In this document: in pieces, positions 48,013 to 57,985 of the stretch
Numbering within the stretch: the first letter of the stretch is position 1
Layout: every line of letters begins with the position of its first letter
NCBI GenBank assembly: GCA_946613885.1
Contig: CAMOGA010000001.1
Span: 23,640-87,639, forward strand
Reading direction: 5' to 3'
Length of the DNA: 64,000 bases
From: an uncultured Pseudomonadota bacterium
Lineage (GTDB): Bacteria; Pseudomonadota; Alphaproteobacteria; Rs-D84
The notes under the pieces: model-generated
Seen by the model: the letters and a program-made list of their open reading frames with translations, nothing else
What the model was told of the DNA's origin: nothing
Database searches by the model: none
Translations under genes and position numbers: made by a program

Positions 48013-48192
48013 TTAGAAAATCCAGTTCACCAAAGCGTTCAAAATACTATCTACGACAAAAAAGAACAACGCCGCCAGGCCTGAAAACAGCAATATCATA
48101 AAAGTAGTATTAATCACAGTTTCACGTGTTGGCCAAACAATTTTAAACCATTCGGAACGCACTGATTTTATAAATTCAATAATTTTTTTCAT
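48013..48192 (-). CDS. secE: Protein translocase subunit SecE (short single-transmembrane form).
   Basis: Manual translation MKKIIEFIKSVRSEWFKIVWPTRETVINTTFMILLFSGLAALFFFVVDSILNALVNWIF, 59 aa. Canonical position between tRNA-Trp and nusG. Confidence 0.75.
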   Translation of the reverse strand: MKKIIEFIKSVRSEWFKIVWPTRETVINTTFMILLFSGLAALFFFVVDSILNALVNWIF

Positions 48193-48229
48193 ATTTACCT
48201 GCTTTTTTGCGTTGTCTTACCGATTTTTC

Positions 48230-48303
48230 TGGCAGGGGCTGAAGGAATCGAACCCTCATCCGCGGTTTTGGAGACCGATATTCTACCGTTGAACTAAGCC
48301 CCT
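48230..48303 (-). tRNA. tRNA-Trp (anticodon CCA).
   Basis: Reverse complement AGGGGCTTAGTTCAACGGTAGAATATCGGTCTCCAAAACCG...GGTTCGATTCC...CCCCTGCCA, with anticodon loop CTCCAAA. Confidence 0.85.
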
Positions 48304-48484
48304 ATAATCGCTTTTTTTCAATCTGTACCCATACAAACACCCCGGCATTTCGCCATTTTTTATCGATAATCGGTGCAATAATAGCACACCAGTATCAAAA
48401 ATCAAGCGCAAATATTATAATATTTTAAAAATTTTAAGGCAAGTAAAAAATTCAAGTTAAAACAAGACAAAACTGGCCATGGGA

Positions 48485-51400
48485 TTATTCCGCAGGCACA
48501 ACTGTCCACCCCTTGAATTTATACCCCTGTTTAGCCGGTGCATCCGGCAAAGATATGGTCGTACCATATTCGCATGATCCGGTTGATATTTCATTACCTT
48601 CTTCATCATGATACACCAATGTTATGTCGTTTGCACTGCACGATGCATTATATTGCCCATTGTTTTGGATATCGCCATATCCAGTATTACAAGACGTTGT
48701 ATATGTACAAACATTATTCACAACACTTAACGAACAACTGGCATTTGTCGCCGCACATGCCTGACATTCACTCCATTGTGCTGTGCACGTTGTATCATCA
48801 GTTATTGTAAATGTTCCGCCCGCTGCAACAGTGTTTCCACCGCATGACCAATTGGTAAATACACTGTTCGTTTTTGAACATGTATTCGACAATGTGGTGA
48901 CGGCTTCGTCAGATATATATTCTGTTGAATCTGTTGGTGCGGTTCCGGTTCCATCGCCACATGAATATGTGACAGTATATGTTTCGGTTCCTTGTTCAAT
49001 CCATTTGGCATAAAATGTTTTATTACCGGTGGCGGATGCCGATATTGTCTGTGATATCGCACAAGATGTTAATCCAGAATCAGTGCACCATCCCTTAAAC
49101 ACATAACCTTCCCTGGTTGGAACACCATTAATCGTTGCGCCGGTTCCAAAAGTATACGTTGTTGGTGCATTGGCATAATTTGTTCCACAATTACCCGCAG
49201 TGGCAGCATTACAATTTTCAACATAAGGAACAAAAGCATGCGCAACATTACCCAATTCAAATTGAACATTAGTTGCCTCACCATTTGCCGGAGTTATATC
49301 AGTAGAATAATTATTGGATGAGAGTTGAAGCCAAACATATCTGGTATTTGACAAGGTTGTAAACGTATAAGTAGTAGTAGATGAAGACACCCATCCGCTA
49401 TCTCGTAAATAAGGATTAGAAGTACTGCTTTTAACACTATTTGCATATTGTTGCACAGCCAAACGCAAATTTCCTGTTCTGGATATAGTATATGTAGTAT
49501 TAGGTGTAACCGGTATTAAATTGACAGCATGGATACGTTTAGAATAATTTCCATTGTTATCATTATACCAATACCCGCCCCCCTGGGCCCATTGATTATC
49601 AAACAAGTTGCAATAAGCTGCACACGATACCCCGCCAGTCAAATCATATGTAATATTATAAGTACTCAGTGAACATGATGCATTATATTTACCATTGTTT
49701 TGAATATTTCCATACCCAGTATTGCAAGATGTTGTATATGTACAAACATTATTCACAACACTTAACGAACAACTGGCATTTGTCGCCGCACATGCCTGAC
49801 ATTCACCCCATTGTGCTGTACATGTTGTATCATCAGTTATTGTAAATGTTCCGCCCGCTGCAACAGTGTTTCCACTGCACGACCATCCAGTAAATATATC
49901 ACCTGTCTTGGTGCAGGTATTGTTTGCCACCGTCACAGATGAACCAGATTCATATTCTGTTGAATCTGTTGGTGCGGTTCCAGTTCCATCGCCACATGCA
50001 TATGTGACATTGTAAAAATCAACCTCGCTGCAACTGACATTATATGCGCCATTGTTTTGAATATTTCCATATCCAGTATTGCAGGATGTTGTATATGTAC
50101 ATGTATTATTTACTACGCTTAATGAACACGATGCATTTGTCGCCGCACATGCCTGACATTCACTCCATTGTGCTGTGCATGTTGTATCATCAGTTATTGT
50201 AAATGTTCCGCCCGCTGCAACATTTGTTCCACCGCATGACCAATTGGTAAATACACTGTTCGTTTTTGAACATGTATTCGACAATGTAGTGACGGATTCA
50301 TCAGATATATATTCTGTTGAATCTGTTGGTGCGGTTCCAGTTCCATCGCCACATGCATATGTGACATTATATGTTTCGGCATCCGTATTAATCCATTTAG
50401 CATAAAATGTCTTATCACCAGTGGCAGATGTTCCGATTGTTTGTGACATGGCGCAGTTTTGTAATTCCGCATCTGTACACCATCCAGCAAACACACTTCC
50501 GGATTTAGTTGGCGTTCCCCCAACTGTTGCCCCTGTAAGCTCATAATATTGTGTTGGTGCACCAGAATAATTTGTTCCACTATTCATCACGTATGAAATA
50601 TTATATTTTTTCACACACAAAACCTTACTATTCCAATAACTTTCCCATCCTGTTGTATATTTTTGTGTTCCTGACGGACAAGAAGTCGACAACCCTGTAT
50701 TTGCAAATGTCCTGACCATCGTACTGGTTGTATTTGAACCACGTGGGGTTATACCCGCAAAAAAGGTTGCAGGTATATATCCTGACAATTTACTACAACC
50801 TTCAAATGTACTAACAAATTCATTAATTGCACCAACAGTTATGTTTGCAAACAAACCGTCTGGCAACGATGTTAACTTAGAACAACCGTAAAATGTATTT
50901 CCAAAGGCCCCAGCTGCCCCACCAGTTATTTTTGCAAACAACCCTGCTGGTATTGATGCTAAACTGGTACAATTTAGAAACGTTGCCACAAAAAGGCTTT
51001 GTTGAGCAGGTACAGAAACAGCATTTGGAAAAAACAAATTTTCTGGGATTGCTGTTATACCAGTATTACTAAATGTACTGGAAAACATCGCGGTTGCAGC
51101 CGATGTATAACCACTAAACAAAGTTGCAGGAATTGATTTTAAATTGTTTGCATTACTAAATGTTCCAGCAAAACGTGGTTGCGCACCATCTGCTGGATTT
51201 TCGGAAATATACGGAAATATCTCTGATAAATCGCCAGAAATAGATGCTATTTTATTCGCCTCATCCGAAGAGCCGCCCATAAACGATATTGCAGCAATTT
51301 GCATACTTGTATTATAATCAGTCGCGGTACCGGAAAATTTAACTGTTCTAGCATTTGCATATGACCACGTGCATGTATATGTTGTATCAGTAGTACCTGT

Positions 51401-51634
51401 ACGTGTAATAATCTTACCAGAAACATCGGACGCTGTACTACTTAACGTTCCACCAGTACCACAATCAACATTAAATGTTCCAGCAGCAGATAAAGAAAAA
51501 CTCAAACGGGATGTCGAGGATGTTGTTGTAACAGAAAAAGGATACGTTACTGCATTTGCCACACCCATTGCACAAAACATAAAAACAACAGTTGCAAATA
51601 CGCATGATAAAATACCATCAACGAATCGTTTCAT
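48485..51634 (-). CDS. Giant secreted or surface protein, 1049 aa. Architecture: signal peptide, BspA-type leucine-rich repeats, Listeria-Bacteroides repeat (Flg_new-like, GYxFxGW...FYAKW) domains, and a triplicated module of about 120 aa with a Cys-rich end (CQACAATNASCSLSVVNN.CTYTTSCNTGYGNIQNNG).
   Basis: Signal peptide. Repeated IP(A/E)(T/N/G)LF... LRR units. Three GW-containing repeats (SVFAGWCTD, GYVFKGWCTD and a terminal GYKFKGW). Near-identical DNA direct repeats. Confidence 0.7.
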   Translation of the reverse strand: MKRFVDGILSCVFATVVFMFCAMGVANAVTYPFSVTTTSSTSRLSFSLSAAGTFNVDCGTGGTLSSTASDVSGKIITRTGTTDTTYTCTWSYANARTVKFSGTATDYNTSMQIAAISFMGGSSDEANKIASISGDLSEIFPYISENPADGAQPRFAGTFSNANNLKSIPATLFSGYTSAATAMFSSTFSNTGITAIPENLFFPNAVSVPAQQSLFVATFLNCTSLASIPAGLFAKITGGAAGAFGNTFYGCSKLTSLPDGLFANITVGAINEFVSTFEGCSKLSGYIPATFFAGITPRGSNTTSTMVRTFANTGLSTSCPSGTQKYTTGWESYWNSKVLCVKKYNISYVMNSGTNYSGAPTQYYELTGATVGGTPTKSGSVFAGWCTDAELQNCAMSQTIGTSATGDKTFYAKWINTDAETYNVTYACGDGTGTAPTDSTEYISDESVTTLSNTCSKTNSVFTNWSCGGTNVAAGGTFTITDDTTCTAQWSECQACAATNASCSLSVVNNTCTYTTSCNTGYGNIQNNGAYNVSCSEVDFYNVTYACGDGTGTAPTDSTEYESGSSVTVANNTCTKTGDIFTGWSCSGNTVAAGGTFTITDDTTCTAQWGECQACAATNASCSLSVVNNVCTYTTSCNTGYGNIQNNGKYNASCSLSTYNITYDLTGGVSCAAYCNLFDNQWAQGGGYWYNDNNGNYSKRIHAVNLIPVTPNTTYTISRTGNLRLAVQQYANSVKSSTSNPYLRDSGWVSSSTTTYTFTTLSNTRYVWLQLSSNNYSTDITPANGEATNVQFELGNVAHAFVPYVENCNAATAGNCGTNYANAPTTYTFGTGATINGVPTREGYVFKGWCTDSGLTSCAISQTISASATGNKTFYAKWIEQGTETYTVTYSCGDGTGTAPTDSTEYISDEAVTTLSNTCSKTNSVFTNWSCGGNTVAAGGTFTITDDTTCTAQWSECQACAATNASCSLSVVNNVCTYTTSCNTGYGDIQNNGQYNASCSANDITLVYHDEEGNEISTGSCEYGTTISLPDAPAKQGYKFKGWTVVPAE
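48690..50600. repeat. Three near-identical intragenic direct repeats (each at least about 360 bp; copies near 48700, 49740 and 50090).
   Basis: tcatcagttattgtaaatgttccgcccgctgcaaca recurs at 48797, 49835 and 50189. The ORF-track phantom ORFs 48783..49013 and 50175..50405 are near-identical. Risk of assembly collapse. Confidence 0.8.
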
Positions 51635-51803
51635 AAAAAAACTCTCTTTTTCTCCAATTCTCTAACGATAAAATATATCGCCGGTGCCACTATAGACAAT
51701 CCATGTTTTTTTATCAAACAAAAAAAATTTTTAACACCATATTTTTTACTTGCACTGTATAAACAAAATTTTCTAAGATAAAAATAATTAATGTAGGGGT
51801 CAC

Positions 51804-52493
51804 ATGGCAAAGGTTATTGAACCACCGATTTTAATGTCACGAATTTTGGCATTTGTGCTGGCTGCATCTATTGTGGTGTTGGCGGCATTGGGGTTCGTTT
51901 TATATAAAATGATTCCACTAGAACGGCCAGAGGTTTTCTTTCTAATCAATGCGACACGTTCTGTTAATGTTGTTATTGAACCGTTTGATGCCAATAACGC
52001 AAACAATACATCTATTGAAAATTATAAACGTGGTTTTATTCGTGAATACATAATTGCACGAAACGAATTAAACGCAAATCCAATTATCACTCGCAATAAT
52101 TGGAATAATATTGTAAAACCTTGGTCTGGTAATACGGTTTACAAGAATTTTACCAGTACCAGTTTATATCGTAAATATATGCGCAATACGCAACCGCAAA
52201 ATGTATCGTGCTATGTAGATTTTTCTGATCCAGAACACTCGGATGCAATCATAAAAACAAACCGTAATGATTATACTGTGTATTTCAGGTGGATTTGCAA
52301 AAATATTTCTGGACAGCCGACAACAAAAAATTATAAGATACAAATAAAGATACAAACAGATTTGGACAAACGTATCAGTGGAACCATGGAAAACCTGGAA
52401 AAATTAAAAATAAATCCGTTGGGAATCCAGGTTACACAATACAAAATTCAAGATGACAAAGATCCTTTGAGTTCTGACGTTATCGGAAAATAA
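51804..52493 (+). CDS. Bitopic inner-membrane protein, putative VirB8/DotI-like T4SS component.
   Basis: A short cytoplasmic N-terminus, one transmembrane helix (ILAFVLAASIVVLAALGFVLY), and a periplasmic domain of about 190 aa. Sits immediately upstream of VirB9-like and VirB10 genes on the same strand. The call rests on context and topology, not strong motifs. Confidence 0.4.
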   Translation: MAKVIEPPILMSRILAFVLAASIVVLAALGFVLYKMIPLERPEVFFLINATRSVNVVIEPFDANNANNTSIENYKRGFIREYIIARNELNANPIITRNNWNNIVKPWSGNTVYKNFTSTSLYRKYMRNTQPQNVSCYVDFSDPEHSDAIIKTNRNDYTVYFRWICKNISGQPTTKNYKIQIKIQTDLDKRISGTMENLEKLKINPLGIQVTQYKIQDDKDPLSSDVIGK

Positions 52494-52513
52494 GTTTGTT
52501 TCACAAGGTAAGG

Positions 52514-54022
52514 ATGAAGGACATGACATTACTAAACACATTAAAATTAAATGTTTCAATATTGGCGGTTATGTGTTCCATAACTCCTGCGTGGGCTGCG
52601 TTTCAAATGGCATGGGACAATCCAAACGCAAATATGGCAATGGGTTCATCTAAACCTGGGTACGCGAATTTAACATGGTCCACAGGGACAGTATTGCCGA
52701 TAAAAACACGCTCTGGTATGGCAACATTGGTGACATTACCAAATGGTGAAAAAATTGCAGATATTGTGACTGGTAACGACGGTTTGTTTAATATTGATTC
52801 TTCTGTTGGCGAACAATCAATGTACATTACACCAGCCTCAGGAAATACCGGTAATGATACAAACATGATTGTCACAGGACAATCTGGAAATAAATATATA
52901 TTCTATCTGCGTGCATATCCGGTTAATTCATCTGAAATCACATATTCCCAGGTTGATATTTCCACTGGTGGTTCGGGTGTCGTTGCGACAAATAATGCAA
53001 CACAAACAAATGGCTCTATGGGTTCGATATTCAAAAAATCTGCACCGAAAACGTCAACCATTGGTGTTGATGGCGAAGATTATGGATGGATAAAAACAAT
53101 GAAAATTGACCCGTCTGAATTTCGGTTTGATTTGGATATTTTCGTTCCTAATCCTGATGATTATGTAATCGCACCAGAACGTGTATGGCGCGACAGAATA
53201 TTCACTTATATTGATTTCGGTGACAAAGTTATTTCCATGACACAACGCCCTGTTGTATCTTTATTGGTCGAAGGTGGCGAAAGCCCTGTTGGTTTCCGCA
53301 CAGATGGCGAAGACGGCCGTCTATTAATTGTCGAGGCTGTTGGTGACATGGTTTTACGCAGTGGACAAAGAATTGTTTGTATAAAGAAACGTGCAAAACC
53401 GTTCTTGATTGCTGATACCGCATCTGTTATGGCATTGGCTGAGGCAAATGTTGCACAATCAATGGCTGCAAATCAATCATTGAACACAATTGCATATAAC
53501 GATGAACAATATGCAATGAACGCGAATATGAACGATTATTATTCAACTACACCAACCTATGTCTACAATCAACCAAATGATATGATGTATGCAAATGGCG
53601 CAATGTATGGAACAATGGATTATACAGGTTCAAATTCTGGTGCAAATATGATACCGACATCACATGCCACAGCGGGATCTTATTTACCACAAACAAATAT
53701 TCCTTTGATAACCAACTCGCAAACAGGCGTTGCGGTTGAATTAAAATCAGACACCTCGGTCAAGGCATTAAATGATTACTGGACAGATTTGTTGGCTAAA
53801 TTCAGCGGTGATGATGGTGCCGGTTTATTAACACCATATAAAAATAGCGTATTTTTCGCTGTTGACGAACAGGGGGTTGGTGATTTGGGCGCTGAATCTG
53901 CGACTGCACGGTTATACCGGTTAAGAATTGGGCCATTGTCTGATATCGATACAGCGCAACAATTATGTGATCAACTATTAAAATTCAGTGGTGCCAGTTG
54001 CCACGTGGTCAGAATACAATAA
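52514..54022 (+). CDS. VirB9/TrbG/DotH-like T4SS outer-membrane core protein with an extended Asn/Tyr/Met-rich C-terminal region.
   Basis: Signal peptide ending ITPAWA. A region resembling the VirB9 C-terminal beta-sandwich (YVIAPERVWRDRIFTYIDFGDKV...RPVVSLLVEGGESPVGFRTDGEDGRLLIVEAVGDMVLRSGQRIVCIKK). Start chosen at ATG 52514 after AAGG; the track start at 52496 is a TTG. Confidence 0.6.
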   Translation: MKDMTLLNTLKLNVSILAVMCSITPAWAAFQMAWDNPNANMAMGSSKPGYANLTWSTGTVLPIKTRSGMATLVTLPNGEKIADIVTGNDGLFNIDSSVGEQSMYITPASGNTGNDTNMIVTGQSGNKYIFYLRAYPVNSSEITYSQVDISTGGSGVVATNNATQTNGSMGSIFKKSAPKTSTIGVDGEDYGWIKTMKIDPSEFRFDLDIFVPNPDDYVIAPERVWRDRIFTYIDFGDKVISMTQRPVVSLLVEGGESPVGFRTDGEDGRLLIVEAVGDMVLRSGQRIVCIKKRAKPFLIADTASVMALAEANVAQSMAANQSLNTIAYNDEQYAMNANMNDYYSTTPTYVYNQPNDMMYANGAMYGTMDYTGSNSGANMIPTSHATAGSYLPQTNIPLITNSQTGVAVELKSDTSVKALNDYWTDLLAKFSGDDGAGLLTPYKNSVFFAVDEQGVGDLGAESATARLYRLRIGPLSDIDTAQQLCDQLLKFSGASCHVVRIQ

Positions 54023-54028
54023 AGCAAC

Positions 54029-56479
54029 ATGAAAAATATAAAACAACAATTTAATGATTTTCGTTCTACTACACCAAAGCATGTACAATGGTTATTGTTG
54101 ATTGCGGCGTTTGTGGTGGTAATCATTTTGTTGACTTTATTATTGACGCACAATAAATCTAAAAACGATGAAACTGTTGCAAAATCAAACATTACAACAG
54201 ATTTACAATATGCACCAATAAAACTTAAATTTGACAATATTATGGTTGGCGAAACAGATGAACAACAAATCGATGTGGAAGCGAACAATAATATTGTAAT
54301 TAATAATGTGAAAATCCCTGAATCAGATTTTAACATTACCAACGATTGTAATGGGCAATTAACAAAATCTTGCACTATATGGGTTGAATATGCGCCAACG
54401 CACGCAACAAACAATCAAACAACAAATTTAACAATTACATGGAACATTATTGGTGGTGAATCTGATGCACCGTTTACAAAAACTATTCCTATTACGCACA
54501 GTGCACAAACAAAACCAGAACCTAAACCGGAACCAAAACCAGAGCCAAAACCAGAACCTGTTGTGATTCCGGAACCAGAACCTGAACCAGAACCAATTGA
54601 AATCATTGAAGAAGAAGAATACGATGAACCAATTGACACATTGGACGATATTGTTGTTGAAAATCCATTTGTTGAACCTGAACCAGAACCAACACCAATA
54701 TTACCACCTGAAAAATGTTCTGAATTTGCAATTCCTGGGTATGACACATCTGGTCGTCAGATTGGATGGATAAAACCAGAACGTGGTGCAAACTATTTTC
54801 ATCCGTTTTCTGACAAAGATTGTTCAAATCCGACCGGTAAATATGATATGAATACTGGTATCATTACATCTTTGAAAGACGGTAAAAAGATTGGTACGGA
54901 TTCTGACCATATTGGATACCGTAATGTTCGCGACAGGAATTTAAAGATTCCGCAATTATCTGCACCAAATGCACCTGTGTCAGACGTTGCACAATTAAAT
55001 GGCGACGGAACATTCGGTGAAAACGCAGTTTGGGCAACAACAGACCATGATGATACCAGAAAATTTGATCGTTCAAAAAAATCCTCTAAATGGGATGAAC
55101 CTGAATATATGACATCCAATGCAGAACGCGTTATATCAACAAAACCACACGACAGAACATTTATATTACGTCAATTCAAACCAATTCCTGCAACAATTGT
55201 TTCAGAAGTTCGCGCAGACCCCAGTGTTTATGGTTGCAACAAAGCGGGACAAAATTGTAAACCAGAAAAAAATTACAGCATCCCAGTCCGTGCAACAGTT
55301 GACAGAAACGTTTATTCAGATGATGGACGCACAATTATATTACCAACCGGAACATTATTAATGGGATATTTGGCTGGCGAATTACCGGGGCCGTATCAAT
55401 CATTTGGTCGTATGAATATACGTTGGTATCAATTTATACGCCCTGATGGTATCGAATTTAATTTTAATGACGATGACACTGATCCATATTCTGGCGATGC
55501 CCAGGGACGTATGGGGGTTCCAGGTCATGGCAGCACTGATTATGTTGAACAAATGGTTATGCCAATTATAACTGCATTGGTTCCGGCGGCTGTTAATATG
55601 ATTGCCCCGATAACTGATACCGTTATAAATCAAATCGATTTGGATAATAATACAGTCGTTCAATCTGGAACAATTCGTTCATCTGAAATGGCAAAGCAAG
55701 ATATTATTAACACATGGAATAAAATCACGCAAAAATTAATTGTTGATTCAATTGATAACACCGTTCCACCGTTTTCAATTGCTGCTGGAACACGTATAAA
55801 CGTATTTTCACCTGTGGATTTGGTTGTTTCTTGTGGTGAAGACGAAACAGATACCAGTAGAAAATGTTCATTTGGCTACGGCAACAAATCACCACGTAAA
55901 TGGTCTGATTTGAAAAAAATCGAAGATGCATCTGATGATAACAAGGCCGCATGGCAGGGTCAGGTTCGTTCATTTAATCTAAATGAATACTGCGATTTTG
56001 ATGCAAAAAAGAACAAAGTAACCATCAAAGAAGGATCTGCATGGGCGGAATCTGGATACGATTATCGAACTGTATTGGCATATTGCGAATCACAAAATTA
56101 TACCGCCATTAATAACGCAAAAAATGCGGCATATAATAAACAAATTCAGGCACAATCTGCCGCCAAGAAAGAAGAATACGGCGCACAGTGGACAGCAGAA
56201 GACGGTTGGACAACCAATTTTACAGATGCAGATGCAGAAAAGAAATACAATACAGAAGTTCTGGGGTTAACATATGACGAAGATGGCAATATTGAAAATC
56301 CATTTACTTCATCAAAAAACGCGCAAATCGTTGACGAAGGTTTAACATGCGAAGATGGCTCTGCGCCAGATGCAAATGGATGTTGTGCCGGTGAAACATT
56401 TACCGATATGGGCGAAGACGGTTGGAATTGTTGCCCTGATGCAGGTGGTGATTGTTTCCCGCCTATCCCCATCGAATAA
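54029..56479 (+). CDS. virB10: VirB10/TrbI/DotG-family T4SS core protein with an N-terminal transmembrane helix, a (KPEP)n-rich linker and a C-terminal TrbI domain.
   Basis: The C-terminal block VRATVDRNVYSDDGRTIILPTGTLLMGYLAGE...SFGRMNIRWYQFIRPDGIEF...DPYSGDAQGRMGVPGHGSTDYVEQ matches the TrbI/VirB10 consensus. Pro/Glu/Lys linker KPEPKPEPKPEPKPEPVVIPEPEPEPEP. Transmembrane segment at residues 20-40. Confidence 0.8.
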   Translation: MKNIKQQFNDFRSTTPKHVQWLLLIAAFVVVIILLTLLLTHNKSKNDETVAKSNITTDLQYAPIKLKFDNIMVGETDEQQIDVEANNNIVINNVKIPESDFNITNDCNGQLTKSCTIWVEYAPTHATNNQTTNLTITWNIIGGESDAPFTKTIPITHSAQTKPEPKPEPKPEPKPEPVVIPEPEPEPEPIEIIEEEEYDEPIDTLDDIVVENPFVEPEPEPTPILPPEKCSEFAIPGYDTSGRQIGWIKPERGANYFHPFSDKDCSNPTGKYDMNTGIITSLKDGKKIGTDSDHIGYRNVRDRNLKIPQLSAPNAPVSDVAQLNGDGTFGENAVWATTDHDDTRKFDRSKKSSKWDEPEYMTSNAERVISTKPHDRTFILRQFKPIPATIVSEVRADPSVYGCNKAGQNCKPEKNYSIPVRATVDRNVYSDDGRTIILPTGTLLMGYLAGELPGPYQSFGRMNIRWYQFIRPDGIEFNFNDDDTDPYSGDAQGRMGVPGHGSTDYVEQMVMPIITALVPAAVNMIAPITDTVINQIDLDNNTVVQSGTIRSSEMAKQDIINTWNKITQKLIVDSIDNTVPPFSIAAGTRINVFSPVDLVVSCGEDETDTSRKCSFGYGNKSPRKWSDLKKIEDASDDNKAAWQGQVRSFNLNEYCDFDAKKNKVTIKEGSAWAESGYDYRTVLAYCESQNYTAINNAKNAAYNKQIQAQSAAKKEEYGAQWTAEDGWTTNFTDADAEKKYNTEVLGLTYDEDGNIENPFTSSKNAQIVDEGLTCEDGSAPDANGCCAGETFTDMGEDGWNCCPDAGGDCFPPIPIE

Positions 56480-56503
56480 GAAATAAAATTATTAAACAAC
56501 AAT

Positions 56504-56553
56504 AAACCGATTCGAATTAGTTTCCACAAAAACATATTTCGAATCGGTTTTTC
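56504..56553 (+). terminator. Strong rho-independent terminator after virB10.
   Basis: 13-bp stem aaaccgattcgaa...ttcgaatcggttt with a U-run. Confidence 0.75.
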
Positions 56554-56676
56554 GATTCGGTTTTCTATCTGTGGTTGTATCATTTTACACTATTCAATTT
56601 TTGTTTTACTTTCTAAAAGCGTTCAAATACAAACGCAAAAAAAACAAAAATAATTACAAAACCCAAGGAGAAAAAT

Positions 56677-57018
56677 ATGTTAAACACTCAAGAATTAAAT
56701 CAATCAGATAAATTTCAAAATGCCGAACAATTATGGTTCTGGTTTTTATATTCTAAATCAATTCAAAACGGATTTAATCATAATCACTCTTCTATAAAAC
56801 GGCCATGTGAATTACTGGATGTCGAAACATTGATAACCAAATTATATTTATCTGGAAAATTAAGCGAAGAACAATTAAACGTTATGAAAAAATTTGGTGA
56901 TAAAAGGCGCGCCCCCCACCAATATATATATTCTGAAAACAAATCTGCCGCATTATGGCAATCTGCAATGGAAACCTTAGAAAAATATGCACGCGCCAAA
57001 GGATGGATTATCGATTAA
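56677..57018 (+). CDS. Hypothetical protein, 113 aa.
   Basis: GGAG Shine-Dalgarno sequence upstream. No recognisable motif. Lies downstream of the T4SS module. Confidence 0.4.
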   Translation: MLNTQELNQSDKFQNAEQLWFWFLYSKSIQNGFNHNHSSIKRPCELLDVETLITKLYLSGKLSEEQLNVMKKFGDKRRAPHQYIYSENKSAALWQSAMETLEKYARAKGWIID

Positions 57019-57085
57019 TAATTTTCTTTCTGATTTATAGTAGGAGGTAAATCAGAACGTACAATTTTTAACCTAAGGATAAAAC

Positions 57086-57448
57086 ATGATTACATATATC
57101 GGATTTTCAACCCAGACACATAAACCAATTGCAAAATTTGTTTGTCATAAATTCAAACATTGTGCACCTGTTATTATTGATAAAAACAACGTCAAGATAT
57201 ACCAATTTACAAAATACAGAAATGTAAATATCATCGAAATAAAATTACGTGATATTAAAATTTTGAAACAATACGGTTGGATATTTATTAAATATAAAAG
57301 CAACAAAAAAACACCAAAATATAAACAAATACATGCGATAACATGTGTTCAATTTACAAAACAATTTTTTAACATACATAAAATCAGTATCCAAACACCT
57401 GACGCGTTATTAAAACATTTAAAAAAAGACCAATTTTTATCATCATAA
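57086..57448 (+). CDS. Hypothetical basic protein, 120 aa.
   Basis: AAGGA Shine-Dalgarno sequence upstream. Lys-rich. No motif. Confidence 0.4.
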   Translation: MITYIGFSTQTHKPIAKFVCHKFKHCAPVIIDKNNVKIYQFTKYRNVNIIEIKLRDIKILKQYGWIFIKYKSNKKTPKYKQIHAITCVQFTKQFFNIHKISIQTPDALLKHLKKDQFLSS

Positions 57449-57535
57449 AAATTATTAAATTTTTTAATGTTTTATCTTGACTTTATTATGAATATCCATA
57501 TAATCATTAAAGTTTTTAATAATTAAAGGATTATT

Positions 57536-57985
57536 ATGACACACAACAAAGTAACTGGTTTAATGGCAGAAAACATGCGAATTATCAGTCGCATGTCCAG
57601 TCGCCTGCAACCTATTTTCGAAGAAACATCCTGTGCATCGCGCCAACAAATGTCTATTTTGGTGCGGTTATATTTGGCTGGGAAAATAAAATTAAAAGAT
57701 TTTGCTGCGCGTGAGGTTATATCCACCGCCAATCTTTGCGTGATATTTCGTAAATTAGAATCTGAAAAATTGGTTATGCGTTCTGTGGATAAAAACGATC
57801 GCCGTGACACGTGGTATGAAGTGACAAAATCTGGACGAATAATGGCTGAAAAATTATTAGATAAATTTTTGACAGCACTGGAATCTTTGTGTAAGGTATT
57901 GCCCGAATCTGACAAACATGCATTGACAGAAACGGTAAAAACAATGAATAACATATTAAAAAAGATGGAGAATTTAAATGCGTAA
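57536..57985 (+). CDS. MarR family transcriptional regulator.
   Basis: Winged-HTH core with the DKNDRRDTWYEVTKSGR wing motif. Precedes the efflux genes with an 8-nt overlap. Confidence 0.75.
   Translation: MTHNKVTGLMAENMRIISRMSSRLQPIFEETSCASRQQMSILVRLYLAGKIKLKDFAAREVISTANLCVIFRKLESEKLVMRSVDKNDRRDTWYEVTKSGRIMAEKLLDKFLTALESLCKVLPESDKHALTETVKTMNNILKKMENLNA

Noticed and set aside
48783-50580. Near-identical ORF pairs 48783..49013 with 50175..50405, and 48802..49062 with 50194..50580, looking like duplicated small genes.
   Set aside because: They are out-of-frame or antisense readings of the intragenic direct repeats of the 1049-aa gene.
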